Source of the DNA: Alphaproteobacteria bacterium
GTDB lineage: Bacteria > Pseudomonadota > Alphaproteobacteria > SP197
DNA: 64,000 nt
Assembly (NCBI GenBank): GCA_964291265.2
Contig: OZ219747.1
Location: forward strand, 864,001 to 928,000
Direction of reading: 5' to 3'
Notes under the pieces: model-generated
Told to the model about the DNA's origin: nothing
Database searches by the model: none
The model's input: the letters and a program-made list of their open reading frames with translations, nothing else
Position numbers and translations under genes: made by a program
In this document: piece after piece, positions 50,578 to 61,457 of the stretch
How positions within the stretch are numbered: position 1 is the first letter of the stretch
Layout: every line of letters begins with the position of its first letter

Positions 50578-51885
50578 ATGAAGAATCAGGGAATGCTGGC
50601 CGCGCCGCTCGGCGTTTGTCTCCTCGTGACGGGCCTGGTGGCGACGATGGTCGCAGGCACCACGAGGGCCGCAGCGGACACCGCGAGCCCGGAGGGCGAC
50701 GTACTCTCGCACTATGCGGCGATGGCCCATGCGGTCTACGAGGATTCGCTGATCACCGCTCAGGCGCTGTCACATGCGGTGGACAGGCTGATTGCCGCGC
50801 CCTCCCGGGACACGCTCTCCGAGGCGCGTGCCGCATGGCGGGCTTCCCGGGTGCCGTATCAGCAAAGCGAGGTCTATCGCTTTGGCAACGCCGTGGTGGA
50901 TGACTGGGAAGGCAGGGTCAACGCCTGGCCGCTCGACGAGGGCCTGATCGACTACGTCGACGCGAGTTATGGCGACGCGTCCGACGAGAATCCCGGATAC
51001 GGTGCGAATGTCATTGCCAATGCGGTGTTCACGTTCTCGGGCGAGGACATCGATGCGTCCGTGATCGACGCCGCGCTGCTTGCCGACAGGCTTCATGAAC
51101 TCGGAGGCGTGGAGGCGAATGTCGCAACCGGTTATCACGCCATCGAGTTTCTTCTCTGGGGCCAGGACCTGAACGGCACCGGACCCGGTGCCGGAGCGCG
51201 TCAGGCCAGCGATTTCGACACCGCCAACTGTACCGGCGGACACTGCGATCGCCGCGCTTCCTATCTCGAGGCTGCCGTGGACCTGCTGTTGGATGACCTG
51301 ACCTGGATGACGGCGCAATGGGCGCCCGACGGGCCTGCCTCCGGGGCGTTGACGGAAGGCGGCATGGCCGAAGGCCTTGCGACCATCATCACGGGCATGG
51401 GCAGCCTTTCCTACGGGGAACTCGCCGGCGAACGCATGAAACTGGGTCTGCTGCTGCACGATCCCGAAGAGGAGCATGACTGCTTCAGCGACAACACCCA
51501 CAACTCGCACTACTACAACGCGCTGGGCATCAGGAACATCTATCTCGGCGAGTACACGCGGACAGACGGCACCATGGTTGCGGGCCCCGGTCTTTCGTCG
51601 CTGGTTGCGGCCGTTTCACCGGAAGCCGACATGGAATTGCGGGAGCGGCTTGACGCCACCATGGCGGCCATGGGCGCCATGGTTGAAGCGGCCCGGGGAG
51701 GCGAGGCCTACGATCAGATGATCGCAGAGAACAATGCGGCGGGCAATGCGCTCGTCGAGGCCGCCATCAATGCGCTGACCGAGCAGACCGACGCGATCAC
51801 ACATGCCGCCGGAGCACTCGAGCTGACGGCCCTGGAGTTCGAAGGGTCCGACAGTCTCGATGACCCGGAGGCCGTATTCCAGTAA
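50578..51885 (+). CDS. Imelysin family iron-regulated protein (IrpA/IcmP-like)
   Basis: VNAWPLDEGLIDYV, ATGYHAIEFLLWGQD, GELAGER, EEEHDCFSDNTH. Confidence 0.93.
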   Translation: MKNQGMLAAPLGVCLLVTGLVATMVAGTTRAAADTASPEGDVLSHYAAMAHAVYEDSLITAQALSHAVDRLIAAPSRDTLSEARAAWRASRVPYQQSEVYRFGNAVVDDWEGRVNAWPLDEGLIDYVDASYGDASDENPGYGANVIANAVFTFSGEDIDASVIDAALLADRLHELGGVEANVATGYHAIEFLLWGQDLNGTGPGAGARQASDFDTANCTGGHCDRRASYLEAAVDLLLDDLTWMTAQWAPDGPASGALTEGGMAEGLATIITGMGSLSYGELAGERMKLGLLLHDPEEEHDCFSDNTHNSHYYNALGIRNIYLGEYTRTDGTMVAGPGLSSLVAAVSPEADMELRERLDATMAAMGAMVEAARGGEAYDQMIAENNAAGNALVEAAINALTEQTDAITHAAGALELTALEFEGSDSLDDPEAVFQ

Positions 51886-51921
51886 CGGCAGGGGGTCTCT
51901 CCTCCTAGCCACCCCTTGCCG
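51886..51921 (+). terminator. GC-rich hairpin after the imelysin gene
   Basis: cggcagggg...ccccttgccg directly after the stop; no U-tract. Confidence 0.35.
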
Positions 51922-52092
51922 CTGGAGCATGGACGGCGCGACCGCACCTGCGCCGTCCATGCATTTTCTGCCATCGGGTCAGCCCGTCAGCGTTTCGGCG
52001 TGGCGCCGCAGGCCTGCCGGAATGTCCTTGATAGCGGGTTTGCCGACGGTGATGATGACCCCGGTTTCTGACCCGCCGGAGAGGATCACACC

Positions 52093-53751
52093 ATGCGCCA
52101 TGCACCCAACGCGCCTGTTCTGGCTCCACGGGGGCCGGAGCTCAACACGAAGGGCTGGCCCCAGGAGACCGCCTATCGGCTGCTGATGAACAACCTGGAG
52201 GTGGCCGAGGACTGGAAACGGCTCATCGTCTACGGCGGTCGCGGCAAGGCGGCGCGCGACTGGGACTCCTATTTTTGCATCGTCGACATGCTCGAGACCC
52301 TGGAAGGCGACGAGACCCTTGTCGTGCAGTCGGGCAAGCCGGTCGCCATTTGGCCGACCCATGAGTGGGCGCCCCGGGTGCTGATCTCGAATTCCATGCT
52401 GGTGCCTCACTGGAGCACGCTCGAGCACTTCAACGAACTCGAGGCGAAGGGTCTCATGATGTACGGGCAGATGACGGCGGGCTCGTGGTGCAACATCGGC
52501 TCCCAGGGCATCGTCCAGGGGACCTACGAGACCTTCGCCACGCTTGCTAGGATGAAGTTCGGCGGCACGCTGGAAGGGCGCGTCACGATCACCGGCGGGC
52601 TCGGCATGTTCAGCGGCATCATGCCGCACTGCATCACGCTCAATGGCGGTGTGAGCATCGGTGTCGAGATCGACCCGGAACGAATAGCCCGCCGCCTCGA
52701 TCTCGGGTTTGTTCACGAGGTCCTGGATGACCCGGACATCGCCTGGCAGAGGGCGAGGGAGTGTGCCGACCGGGGTGAAGCCCGCGCCTTCGCCCTCCAC
52801 GGCAACATGTCCGATGTCCTGAACGGCTACCTCGAGAACGGGGTCCCCTTCGACATCGTGACCGACCAGACGTCGGCCCACGACATGCTCGAAGGTTATG
52901 TTCCCGGTGGCATGACGCTGGCCGAGGCGCTCGACCTGCGCCGGAAGGACCCCGCCACCTACATCGAGCGGGCCCGCGACACGGCGGTCCGCCAGGTCCG
53001 CGCCATGGTCGAGTACCAGAGACGCGGCGCCATGGTGTTCGACTACGGCAACAACATCCGCCAGGAGGCCTACAATCACGGCTGCAAGGATGCCTTCGCC
53101 TTCCCGGGGTTCGTGGAAGCGTTCATCCGGCCCCTGTTCTGCGTGGGACGCGGTCCCTTCCGCTGGATCTGTCTTTCCGGGGAGGAAGGCGACCTGCGCA
53201 AGACAGAGGAAGCGGCCCTTGACGAGTTCGGCGACGACGAGGTGTTCGCCAACTGGGTGCGCCTTGCTTCCCAACACCAGCCCATCGAGGGCCTGCCGGC
53301 GCGCCTCGGCTACCTGGGATACGGACAGCGTGCCCGCTTCGGCCGGATTCTGAACGACATGGTGCGCTCCGGCGAGCTTGCCGGGCCTGTTGCAATGAGC
53401 CGCGACCATCTCGACACCGGTTCCGTGGCTTCGCCGAACCGGGAGACCGAGGGCATGATGGATGGCAGCGATGCGGTGGCCGACTGGCCCATCCTCAACG
53501 CCCTGCTCAACACCGCCTGCGGCGCCACCTACGTGGCGGTCCACAACGGCGGCGGCGTGGGTATCGGCTATGCGACCCACGCCGGACTGGTGGTTCTGGC
53601 TGATGGCACGGACCTCGCCGAACGCAAGATCGAACGCTGTCTCACCGTGGATCCGGGCATGGGGATCGTGCGCCACGCGGACGCCGGCTACGACCTGGCG
53701 AAGGATGCCGCGCGCAGGCACGGTCTGCGCATGCCCATGCTTGAGACCTAG
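52093..53751 (+). CDS. hutU: Urocanate hydratase family protein (divergent)
   Basis: LMNNL, VYGGRGKAAR, GQMTAGSW, GSQGIVQGT, TDQTSAHD, FDYGN, GRGPFRW, RDHLD, GGGVGIG, RHADAGY. Confidence 0.88.
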   Translation: MRHAPNAPVLAPRGPELNTKGWPQETAYRLLMNNLEVAEDWKRLIVYGGRGKAARDWDSYFCIVDMLETLEGDETLVVQSGKPVAIWPTHEWAPRVLISNSMLVPHWSTLEHFNELEAKGLMMYGQMTAGSWCNIGSQGIVQGTYETFATLARMKFGGTLEGRVTITGGLGMFSGIMPHCITLNGGVSIGVEIDPERIARRLDLGFVHEVLDDPDIAWQRARECADRGEARAFALHGNMSDVLNGYLENGVPFDIVTDQTSAHDMLEGYVPGGMTLAEALDLRRKDPATYIERARDTAVRQVRAMVEYQRRGAMVFDYGNNIRQEAYNHGCKDAFAFPGFVEAFIRPLFCVGRGPFRWICLSGEEGDLRKTEEAALDEFGDDEVFANWVRLASQHQPIEGLPARLGYLGYGQRARFGRILNDMVRSGELAGPVAMSRDHLDTGSVASPNRETEGMMDGSDAVADWPILNALLNTACGATYVAVHNGGGVGIGYATHAGLVVLADGTDLAERKIERCLTVDPGMGIVRHADAGYDLAKDAARRHGLRMPMLET

Positions 53752-53929
53752 CCCGGTTCCGTCACCCAAGGGCGCCCCTCCACATTCGTTCGTAAGCCCA
53801 CACCACGGGACGCACCTGTGGTGCTAAACAACTGAACTAACGCCGTATTTTCTCTCTCGATCCTGCAACTGCGGGCGATTGCGCGAACGGAATCTCCCGT
53901 TCCTGCAACTCGCATTCGAGGGAGACTCC

Positions 53930-55057
53930 ATGGCTGCAAAACATCTCACCGAGAGCCGCATCAAGGCCCTTCGTCCTCGCAGGACTGCCCGGGACACCCG
54001 TGACGCCCATCTCAAGGGATTCGGCATCCGTGTCTACCCATCGGGGCGCAAGCGCTACTTCATCCATACCCAGCATGATGGACAGAGGATCTGGAAGATC
54101 GTCGGTGACGCTGCCGGGATCGGTCTCGCCGAGGCCAGACAACGCGCACAAGCCATGCTGACCGCCATCAGAAGCGACGCTCCCGCTTCATCCGACGAAA
54201 CCCTGTTCGAAACGGTCGCCGAGGAGGTCTTTCGCCGGTACGGGCGAACATGGAAGTCCAGCACACTCGAGGTCAACCGGAACTACTACCGCAATCAGAT
54301 CCTGCCGTGGTTCCGTGGACGCCAGATCGCGGAGATCGTGCGCGGCGACGTTCAGGAGTGGTTCGCCTCCCTGCACGCGACGCCGGTCGCGGCCGACCGG
54401 TCGGCTCCGGTTCTCTCCGTCATCATGGCCCGTGCCGAGGACTACGGATACCGGCCTGAAGGCAGCAATCCGTGCCGGAGCATCAGGCGTTATCGACGGC
54501 AGGGACGGGAACGTTTCTGTTGCGTGGAGGAGGTCCGCCGGCTCGGGCGCGTGCTGCAGGACCATGAAGCGCACTTCCCGGCACAGGTAGCGATCATCCG
54601 CCTCCTGCTCCTCACCGGGTGCCGAAGCCAGGAGATCCTGTCGCTGCGCTGGGCGGACTACCGCGAGGGTCATCTCCATCTCGCGGATTCCAAGACGGGG
54701 CCACGCATGGTCTGGCTGTCGGCTCCCGCCCGGAAGATCCTGACAACGTTGCCTCGTCGTTCGCCTTGGATGTTTCCATCGCCAAGGACCACCGCCAGGT
54801 CCATCTCGCAAGGCGCCATCGGATACTTCTGGATGCGTGTGCGCTCCGCAGCGGGCCTGGAGGATGTGCGCCTTCACGACCTGCGTCACACCTACGCCTC
54901 CCTTGCCGTCATGCACGGAGAGAACATTCTCACCGTCGGTCGACTGCTCGGTCACAACGATCCCGCCACCACTCTCAAGTACACGCATCTCGCCGACGGC
55001 ATGATGGCTGAAGCGGCAGAGGCCGTGGGCTCCGTTCTCGGAAGGACTGACGCATGA
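53930..55057 (+). CDS. Tyrosine recombinase/integrase with arm-binding domain (first of a tandem pair)
   Basis: GFGIRVYPSGRKRY, LLTGCRSQE, HDLRHTYAS, LLGH...TLKYTH; GGAG RBS. Confidence 0.93.
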   Translation: MAAKHLTESRIKALRPRRTARDTRDAHLKGFGIRVYPSGRKRYFIHTQHDGQRIWKIVGDAAGIGLAEARQRAQAMLTAIRSDAPASSDETLFETVAEEVFRRYGRTWKSSTLEVNRNYYRNQILPWFRGRQIAEIVRGDVQEWFASLHATPVAADRSAPVLSVIMARAEDYGYRPEGSNPCRSIRRYRRQGRERFCCVEEVRRLGRVLQDHEAHFPAQVAIIRLLLLTGCRSQEILSLRWADYREGHLHLADSKTGPRMVWLSAPARKILTTLPRRSPWMFPSPRTTARSISQGAIGYFWMRVRSAAGLEDVRLHDLRHTYASLAVMHGENILTVGRLLGHNDPATTLKYTHLADGMMAEAAEAVGSVLGRTDA

Positions 55058-56193
55058 ACCGCAGGAAGAAGCTGACAGATACCCTCGTGCGCAACCTCAA
55101 GCCGCGACCCCGGGAGTACACGCTTCGCGATACCTTCGTTCCCTCTCTCGGGGTTCGCGTCCACCCGTCGGGAGGCCGCGGCTTCGTCCACATCGACGGC
55201 GGAAGAAGGACATCGCTTGGTCCGGTCGCCTTCAAGACGGTCAAGGTGGCCCGCAGGGAGAGCCTCGAAAGACTGGCAGCCGGTCACGACGACAGGACTT
55301 CGGCCCCGTTGTTCAGGGACTTTGCTGTCGGCGCATGGCGCGACTCCTGGATCCATCGGTGCAAGCCCGGGACGATCCAGTGGCGCGACAGGTACCTTCA
55401 ATCCCGCCTGTTGCCGACATTTGGTTCCCGATGCCTGGACCAGATCACACCCGCCATGGTGCACCGCTGGTTCGACGACTACAGCAGAACGGCGCCCGGC
55501 GGGGCCAATTCATGCCTGAAGGTCCTTCGCCACATCCTCAATCACGCCATGGCCTGCGGCCACATCACAGCGAACCCGGCAAGGTCGGTGAAACCCAACC
55601 CGCGCAGGAAGCTCACCCGCTTCCTCTCGCGCGAGGAACTTCATCGGCTGCATGGCGTGCTGGACCGCCACGACAATCTCCAGGGGATCAGTCGATCACG
55701 CCGAATGCAGATCGACATCATCCGGCTTCTCATGCTTACCGGGTGTCGCAAGAACGAGATCGTCCGCCTGCAGAAGCAGGAGGTGCTCGGCGACAGTCTC
55801 CGGCTCCGCAACAGCAAGGTCGGACCGCGTACGGTCGTTCTGAATGCCCCGGCCCGGGCCATCATCGAGCGCCGTCTTCCCGGCGACAGCGCATTTGTCT
55901 TCCCGTCCCCCCGCGATCCCGGACGGGCGCTCAACGACGACCTCCCACTGTGGTACGTCGTCCGCAGGGAGGCCGGCATCGAGGATGTCAGGCTCCATGA
56001 TCTGCGCCATACATTCGCCAGCCATGCCGTCATGCAGGGAACGCCGCTTCCCGTCGTCGCAAGGCTTCTCGGTCACGCGCAGACGACCATGACCCTGCGC
56101 TACGCCCACACGGGTGATCGCGAAACCGAAGTCGCCGCCGAGCGGATCGGAACGGCAATCTCGGACATGCTCGGGTTGGACGCGACTGCCTGA
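55054..56193 (+). CDS. Tyrosine recombinase/integrase (second of a tandem pair)
   Basis: LGVRVHPSG, LTGCRKNE, HDLRHTFAS, LLGH...TLRYAH; ATGA overlap with the first integrase. Confidence 0.93.
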   Translation: MNRRKKLTDTLVRNLKPRPREYTLRDTFVPSLGVRVHPSGGRGFVHIDGGRRTSLGPVAFKTVKVARRESLERLAAGHDDRTSAPLFRDFAVGAWRDSWIHRCKPGTIQWRDRYLQSRLLPTFGSRCLDQITPAMVHRWFDDYSRTAPGGANSCLKVLRHILNHAMACGHITANPARSVKPNPRRKLTRFLSREELHRLHGVLDRHDNLQGISRSRRMQIDIIRLLMLTGCRKNEIVRLQKQEVLGDSLRLRNSKVGPRTVVLNAPARAIIERRLPGDSAFVFPSPRDPGRALNDDLPLWYVVRREAGIEDVRLHDLRHTFASHAVMQGTPLPVVARLLGHAQTTMTLRYAHTGDRETEVAAERIGTAISDMLGLDATA

Positions 56194-56699
56194 CAATCAT
56201 GGGGTCTGCGCCATCGTCAAGTCCGGTCTGCCAGAGACCCGAGCACCCCGAGGACCATGTCAGCTGCTTGCTCAACTTCCATGTCTGTTGAGAATCAACC
56301 GAAACAGAAGCGGATCGATTCATCACACTCCATCGCATCAAGGCCAATGGCAGTTAAGCATATGCGACGGTTAAGCATGAGCAGGACGTGCCGATAACGG
56401 TGCAGCGTGAAGCAGGAATACCGTGCAGTTTCAACCGTGCTCGATTGAAAGACGTCCTGTCAAGACGTCCCAAGAGTCTTTCAGAAGCTTGGTAGTCTTC
56501 CGATCAATGCCTTCGAACTTTCTGAACACTAAACATAGTTTCGCATGAACCCCAACAACTCGTCGATCCACCGGAAGGATCCCTCCACACCACTCAATTG
56601 ACTTTACTTCGGCTTCGTGACATAAAGGCCGGTCTCCGACGCTAGGCAAAACCGTAAACCGTTTACCCTCCACCGTCTGAACCAAGCCAAGGCTCTCTC

Positions 56700-59600
56700 A
56701 TGGACCGCTCTCTCGCCCCCGCCGAAATCATAGAATCGACCATCGAAGACTATTCATCCGGATTGATGGACTGTAGCACTGCCAGAAAAAGGATACGCCA
56801 CACCTTGCTTCAGTTAGCTGAGATGCCGGATGACACGTCTCTTTCCTTCTCCAACATTTTTGAGCGCCTCGCAACGACAACGTCTTTGCCAAGAATCAAG
56901 GAATTCAGCACACTCACTATCCGCCTTGTCTCATGCAACGGCCTACTGCCGGAATCCATCGAGAGGTCGGCCAATCGACACTTGGTGAAACTCATCGAGC
57001 AGGGCAACGATACAATTACCGAGATCTTGCCTGACGGAAAGAAGTCGCTAAACCACGCGCGCCTTGCTGCCTACGCAAGATTCCACTCCGATGCGTGCCA
57101 GAGCCTGCAGATCCTGATTCAACCGATCTCGGGACTTCACGATCTAGTCGGCCGCCGCCAGTCCCTTATGCAGACGTTGAACCACGGCCATCTCAAGTCG
57201 TATCTCAACCCTCTCGGATTTCAGGCCCCAATCACGTCAGTCAACAGCATTCTCAAGCTTGTCGATCAAACCGATAAATCACATGGCAGAGAGCTTCAGA
57301 CCAACCTGCAAAATTTGTTGGAAACAGTAAGTGAGGAAATTGACCAACTCGAACTCAACCCAGTTTTTTTGTTAGACACTTTATTCTGCCTTTTCTGCGT
57401 AATGTTCAAATGGCAATCGACTTGCATCGATCTAACATGGCAGAAAAATTCGATTGCGTCATTGCTCCACCCGCCCACCTTTACGAGATACCAAAGAAAT
57501 ATCCCTTGCATGTTGTCAATAAGCCGTTCGAGCTCCACATCCCCCTGGAGAAAACAGGACCAGGCGTGGCCCTCAACGTACGCGCTTGCTGTATCGCGGA
57601 CAATTGCGAGGTCCTTACTGACGATACCAATCTCGGGGACATCGACTCAGACTCATTCATCCTGACACTACATCTCTCTCTCGATGCTCCCACCGACGGC
57701 TTGGAGGTTGATGTCAGCATCGAATGGGACGTTCTCGGCAAAACTGCGACCCGAACCTGCGATTTCACCTTACGCGTTCTGGCCCAGCGGACAGACCTCG
57801 ACTGGAAGGCGCTGTCCCAAATGCAACCATACCGTCTAGAGGTTGCCCATGACGAGCACTTCTACGGCCGCCGAGACGCCCTACGTAGATTGATGCACAG
57901 CTTGGATCCCCACTCCATGCAGTCCTGCTACATCACGGGCCAGAAACGGGTCGGCAAGAGTTCCCTAGCCCGTGCAGTCGAGGCAGGGATAAAGAACGCT
58001 CCGCACGATGGCGCGTATGAGTATGATGTCCTTTACTTGGAGTGCGGTGAAATCCGCCACGCCACCGGACCAGATACACTCCAGGAGCTCGGACAGCGAC
58101 TGGAGGTTTTCCTGTCAAATTTGTTGCCACGCCACGTCGAATGGGCTAATCAAAACTACTCTTCATCGCTAGTACCCCTCAATCGTCTCCTTCTTTCTCT
58201 GAACCGCGAAGTACCCGATGTCCGCGCGGTCGTCATTCTCGACGAATTCGACGAAATAAACGAAGACTTGTATCGCTATGGGGAACTAGCCAATACGTTC
58301 TTTTTAAATCTGCGCACCTTGTCCTCGAAATCAAACATTGCGTTCATTTTAGTAGGTGCAGAAAAAATGCCTTATGTAATGTCGTCGCAAGGTGATAAAT
58401 TAAACCGCTTTGCGCGCGAATCCCTTGACAGCTTTGATATGTCGTCGGAATGGACTGATTATCGTGACTTGGTTGAAAAACCTATCGCATCCAGTATCAA
58501 AGTGCATGAGGCCGCCATTCGCAAGCTTTTCGAATTGACCAATGGACACCCATATTTCACAAAAGTTCTGTGCAATGCCTTGTACGAACGAGCAGTCCAG
58601 CACAACGATGCCGAGATCTCCCGTGCCGAGGTGGACAAAGCCGCGGAACGCATAATAGACGGGATCGACATCAACTCTTTCGCCCACTACTGGCGCGACG
58701 GCATAAGAGGCGGTGCAACCGACGTGGAAATCGTATCTTTGAACCGCTGTCGCCTCCTTGTTGCCTGGGCGAGAGCTGCAAGAGCAGGATTATCTCCTAC
58801 TCACGAAAACATTTCGAGGAACCTTTACTCAAGCCAATTGCCAACCGGCGATGTGCTGCCTCTGCTAGATGACTTCTGCCGACGCAACGTGCTTCGACAG
58901 AAGGACGATGCCTACTGTCCAACCGTCAGCCTGTTTGCAGACTGGTTGCGCGAGGGCGGATTTTCCAAACTGGTTAGCGACCAGCTCGGCGACGAACTGG
59001 CAGCCGCAAAACAAAGCCGCGAAGACAAGGCGTATGTCCATGCGCATGAGATCAAAACATTGGTCGATCGCTGGGATTTGTATCAAGGCCGTCAGATTAC
59101 TTCTGATGACGTAAGAGCCTGGTTCGAACAGGTGGACAGCAATGTGGATCGGCGAATACTGTTCAAGATACTTCAAAATGTAAGATTTCTGCGGGAACTT
59201 GAAATCAGAGAAAAACTTGCACAGGCACATCGGCGAATCCGTTCGAAGCTGCCTGACTTCGTAAAACGGTCCCGGGCGCAGCGGCGTGACGATATTTTTG
59301 TTACATATGGCGATAACCTCGGAAAAAGCGGTGCTCACTATGCAAGCATGTATGCAGCCGTGAATGAAATCGCCACCTCCAATATCGTGATACCAGGGGA
59401 AGTCGTGTCTGCCGTAAGCTCGGTAAAGTTAAACAAACAAGTTGGTGTCGTCCTGGTCGATGACATGCTTGGCACCGGCAACAATATGATCGAGAGACTG
59501 TCCAACCTGAGCGATACCTTTCAGGACGGCGGGATTGGGACGAAGGTTCCCTTGTCGGTAGTGGTCTTGTGCGGAACGTCGAACGGCGAGGCCGCTGTGA

Positions 59601-59905
59601 GAGCTCTTTTGGAACGTGAGATGGAGAACGCCGATCTGGAAGTTTGCGAGACCATCGGTGAGGATAGCTTTGCGTTCCCGGATGGGCTCGGATTCTGGGA
59701 GTCCAATGAGGAAAAGAGCACGGCCAAAACTCTAGCGCGCAACCTTGGGGCGCGCGTTCAAAAAAGAGCCCCCCTAGGATACGGAGAACAAGGCCTACTA
59801 GTGACTTTTTCACGAAATTGTCCCAACAATTCACTGCCAATTCTTCACGGCACAGGTAGGGGTGAGACAAACTGGCATCCAATTTTTCCTCGTCAGATTT
59901 CATAG
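56700..59905 (+). CDS. Large STAND-like P-loop NTPase fused to a C-terminal PRTase-like domain; 1-nt frameshift at about 57358-57370
   Basis: ORFs 56700-57665 and 57410-59905 join across cccagtttttttg. Motifs: QPY..HFYGR, GQKRVGKSS, ILDEFD, LTNGHPY; then GKSG, VVLVDDMLGTG, PLGYG, FSRNCPNNSLPILH, WHPIFPR. Confidence 0.8.
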
Positions 59906-60318
59906 GGCAAGACCGTTTGCGCTTTTGCGGTATGTATCTGTCAGGGCGAGGGAGCGATTCTCATACGGGGTAATTTTGTTTAATGTTTCCCAAGTGTTTC
60001 ATCATATGGACCATGCCGCCGTCCTTCCCGGAAACATCTATGTAAGTGCCTCATAAATGGCTTTTTTACAGTCATCGGAACACCTTTGAACCAATAGTGA
60101 TGATGAAACGTAGCCGTGATAGCAACCACCGGTATGGGTCAAATTAAGTCCGAATATGCGTCCAATTCCTGAATTTTGATACAGCACTCAGAACAACGTG
60201 GGCAGATACTCGGCAGAGTGCGTACGTTCCAAGTACATAAGAGGTACTAACGATGAACATGTTACCCCGTATGAGAACCACACCCCAGGGCGATCTGCTG
60301 AGATACTGCCGAAGTCGT

Positions 60319-60492
60319 TCAATCCTGGTTGCGCTTACAGTCGATGTGGATGGTCCTGACGAACACCTTGGCGAGGTCTTCGGGTGTGTCTTCGGCAAAC
60401 TCTACCTCTTCCTTGAACACGGCTTTCGACGGCTGATAGATTGACTTAACAAGTGTAACTCGTAATGGCTCTTTGCGTTTTTGGTTAGTCAC
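60319..60492 (-). CDS. Hypothetical 57-aa protein
   Basis: GGAGAG then GTG: MTNQKRKEPLRVTLVKSIYQPSKAVFKEEVEFAEDTPEDLAKVFVRTIHIDCKRNQD*. Confidence 0.35.
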   Translation of the reverse strand: MTNQKRKEPLRVTLVKSIYQPSKAVFKEEVEFAEDTPEDLAKVFVRTIHIDCKRNQD

Positions 60493-60588
60493 GGAGGCTC
60501 TCCGTTGCTGCGGTTGTAGTGAGTGGGACTACATGCTCGGCGGAATCAACCCGCGATTTAGATGTCGCTCTTCTTGTTGGTCATGGCA

Positions 60589-61457
60589 TTACCTCTGGCG
60601 AATATGCCCAAGTGTTGCTATACGCTCATCAACGGTCAGCCGGGTTGCGTCAAGCATGGATCGAATGGCGTTCAGGAGGTGCTCAAGCACATCCACGTAG
60701 ATAGGGTTTGTTGCGGTACCGGTTTTTTCCGGCGCTGCTTGCGGAGAACATAGATGTTATCGATGTCGGTGGTTTCGATGTCCACGTCCTTGCTGACATC
60801 GTAGGTCTCCGTCACCAAGAAAAACAAGCAGTACGGATTGCCTGTCTTAATCTTTGTTGCCGTGGCAACACTGCCTTCGTACATCGTCTTGTCGAGATAC
60901 GTCTTGCACTCAATGCAGACAATAGGGATTGAGATTCGGTGTGCCCCGCCAGTGCTACTGGTCAGCATTTCTTCTTTATAGATGCCAACGTCTTGATCTT
61001 TGACGTTCAGTTTAATCTCGACCCCTTCCTTGAAAGCCGCCTTGTCGGTGTAGGAGAAATACAAGCTGCTGTAAGCTGACACGGAGCCGTACTGCAGCAC
61101 GTCATTCCCAAACTCGTGTTTCAATATCCTGCAAAGGAACTCCTCAATAATCGTGGGGGCAAATTTCGATTGAGATGAGTAAACATTGTGCTCTTCTACG
61201 TAGTCCTTGTAACGATTCAGCGCGTCAACGGCGACTTTCAACCATTGGCGACTTCCATTCGGTTTCGCCGATGCCCGCTGAGCATCACCGATTTCCCCAG
61301 TAATGCCGCCTATGGCGTCGCTAAAACTCATGTACTCACCAATGAAATTGCTAATCCGCGGGTCCTCCTGCTTGCGTAGGATGTTGCTGGCATGACGTCC
61401 ACCAGCCTTCTTGATGCCCTCCAGATAGTCGATTTGTGCGCGGTCTAAATAAGACAT
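60589..61457 (-). CDS. Bpu10I-family type II restriction endonuclease; frameshift in an A-run near 60725
   Basis: PTIIEEF, DQDVGI, PIVCIECKTYLDKTMYEG, KTGNP, IYVLRKQRR. The shifted frame continues NPIYVDVLEHLLNAIRSML...QR* to 60589. Confidence 0.85.

Noticed and set aside
51979-53769. 596-aa minus-strand ORF
   Set aside because: Shadow of hutU.
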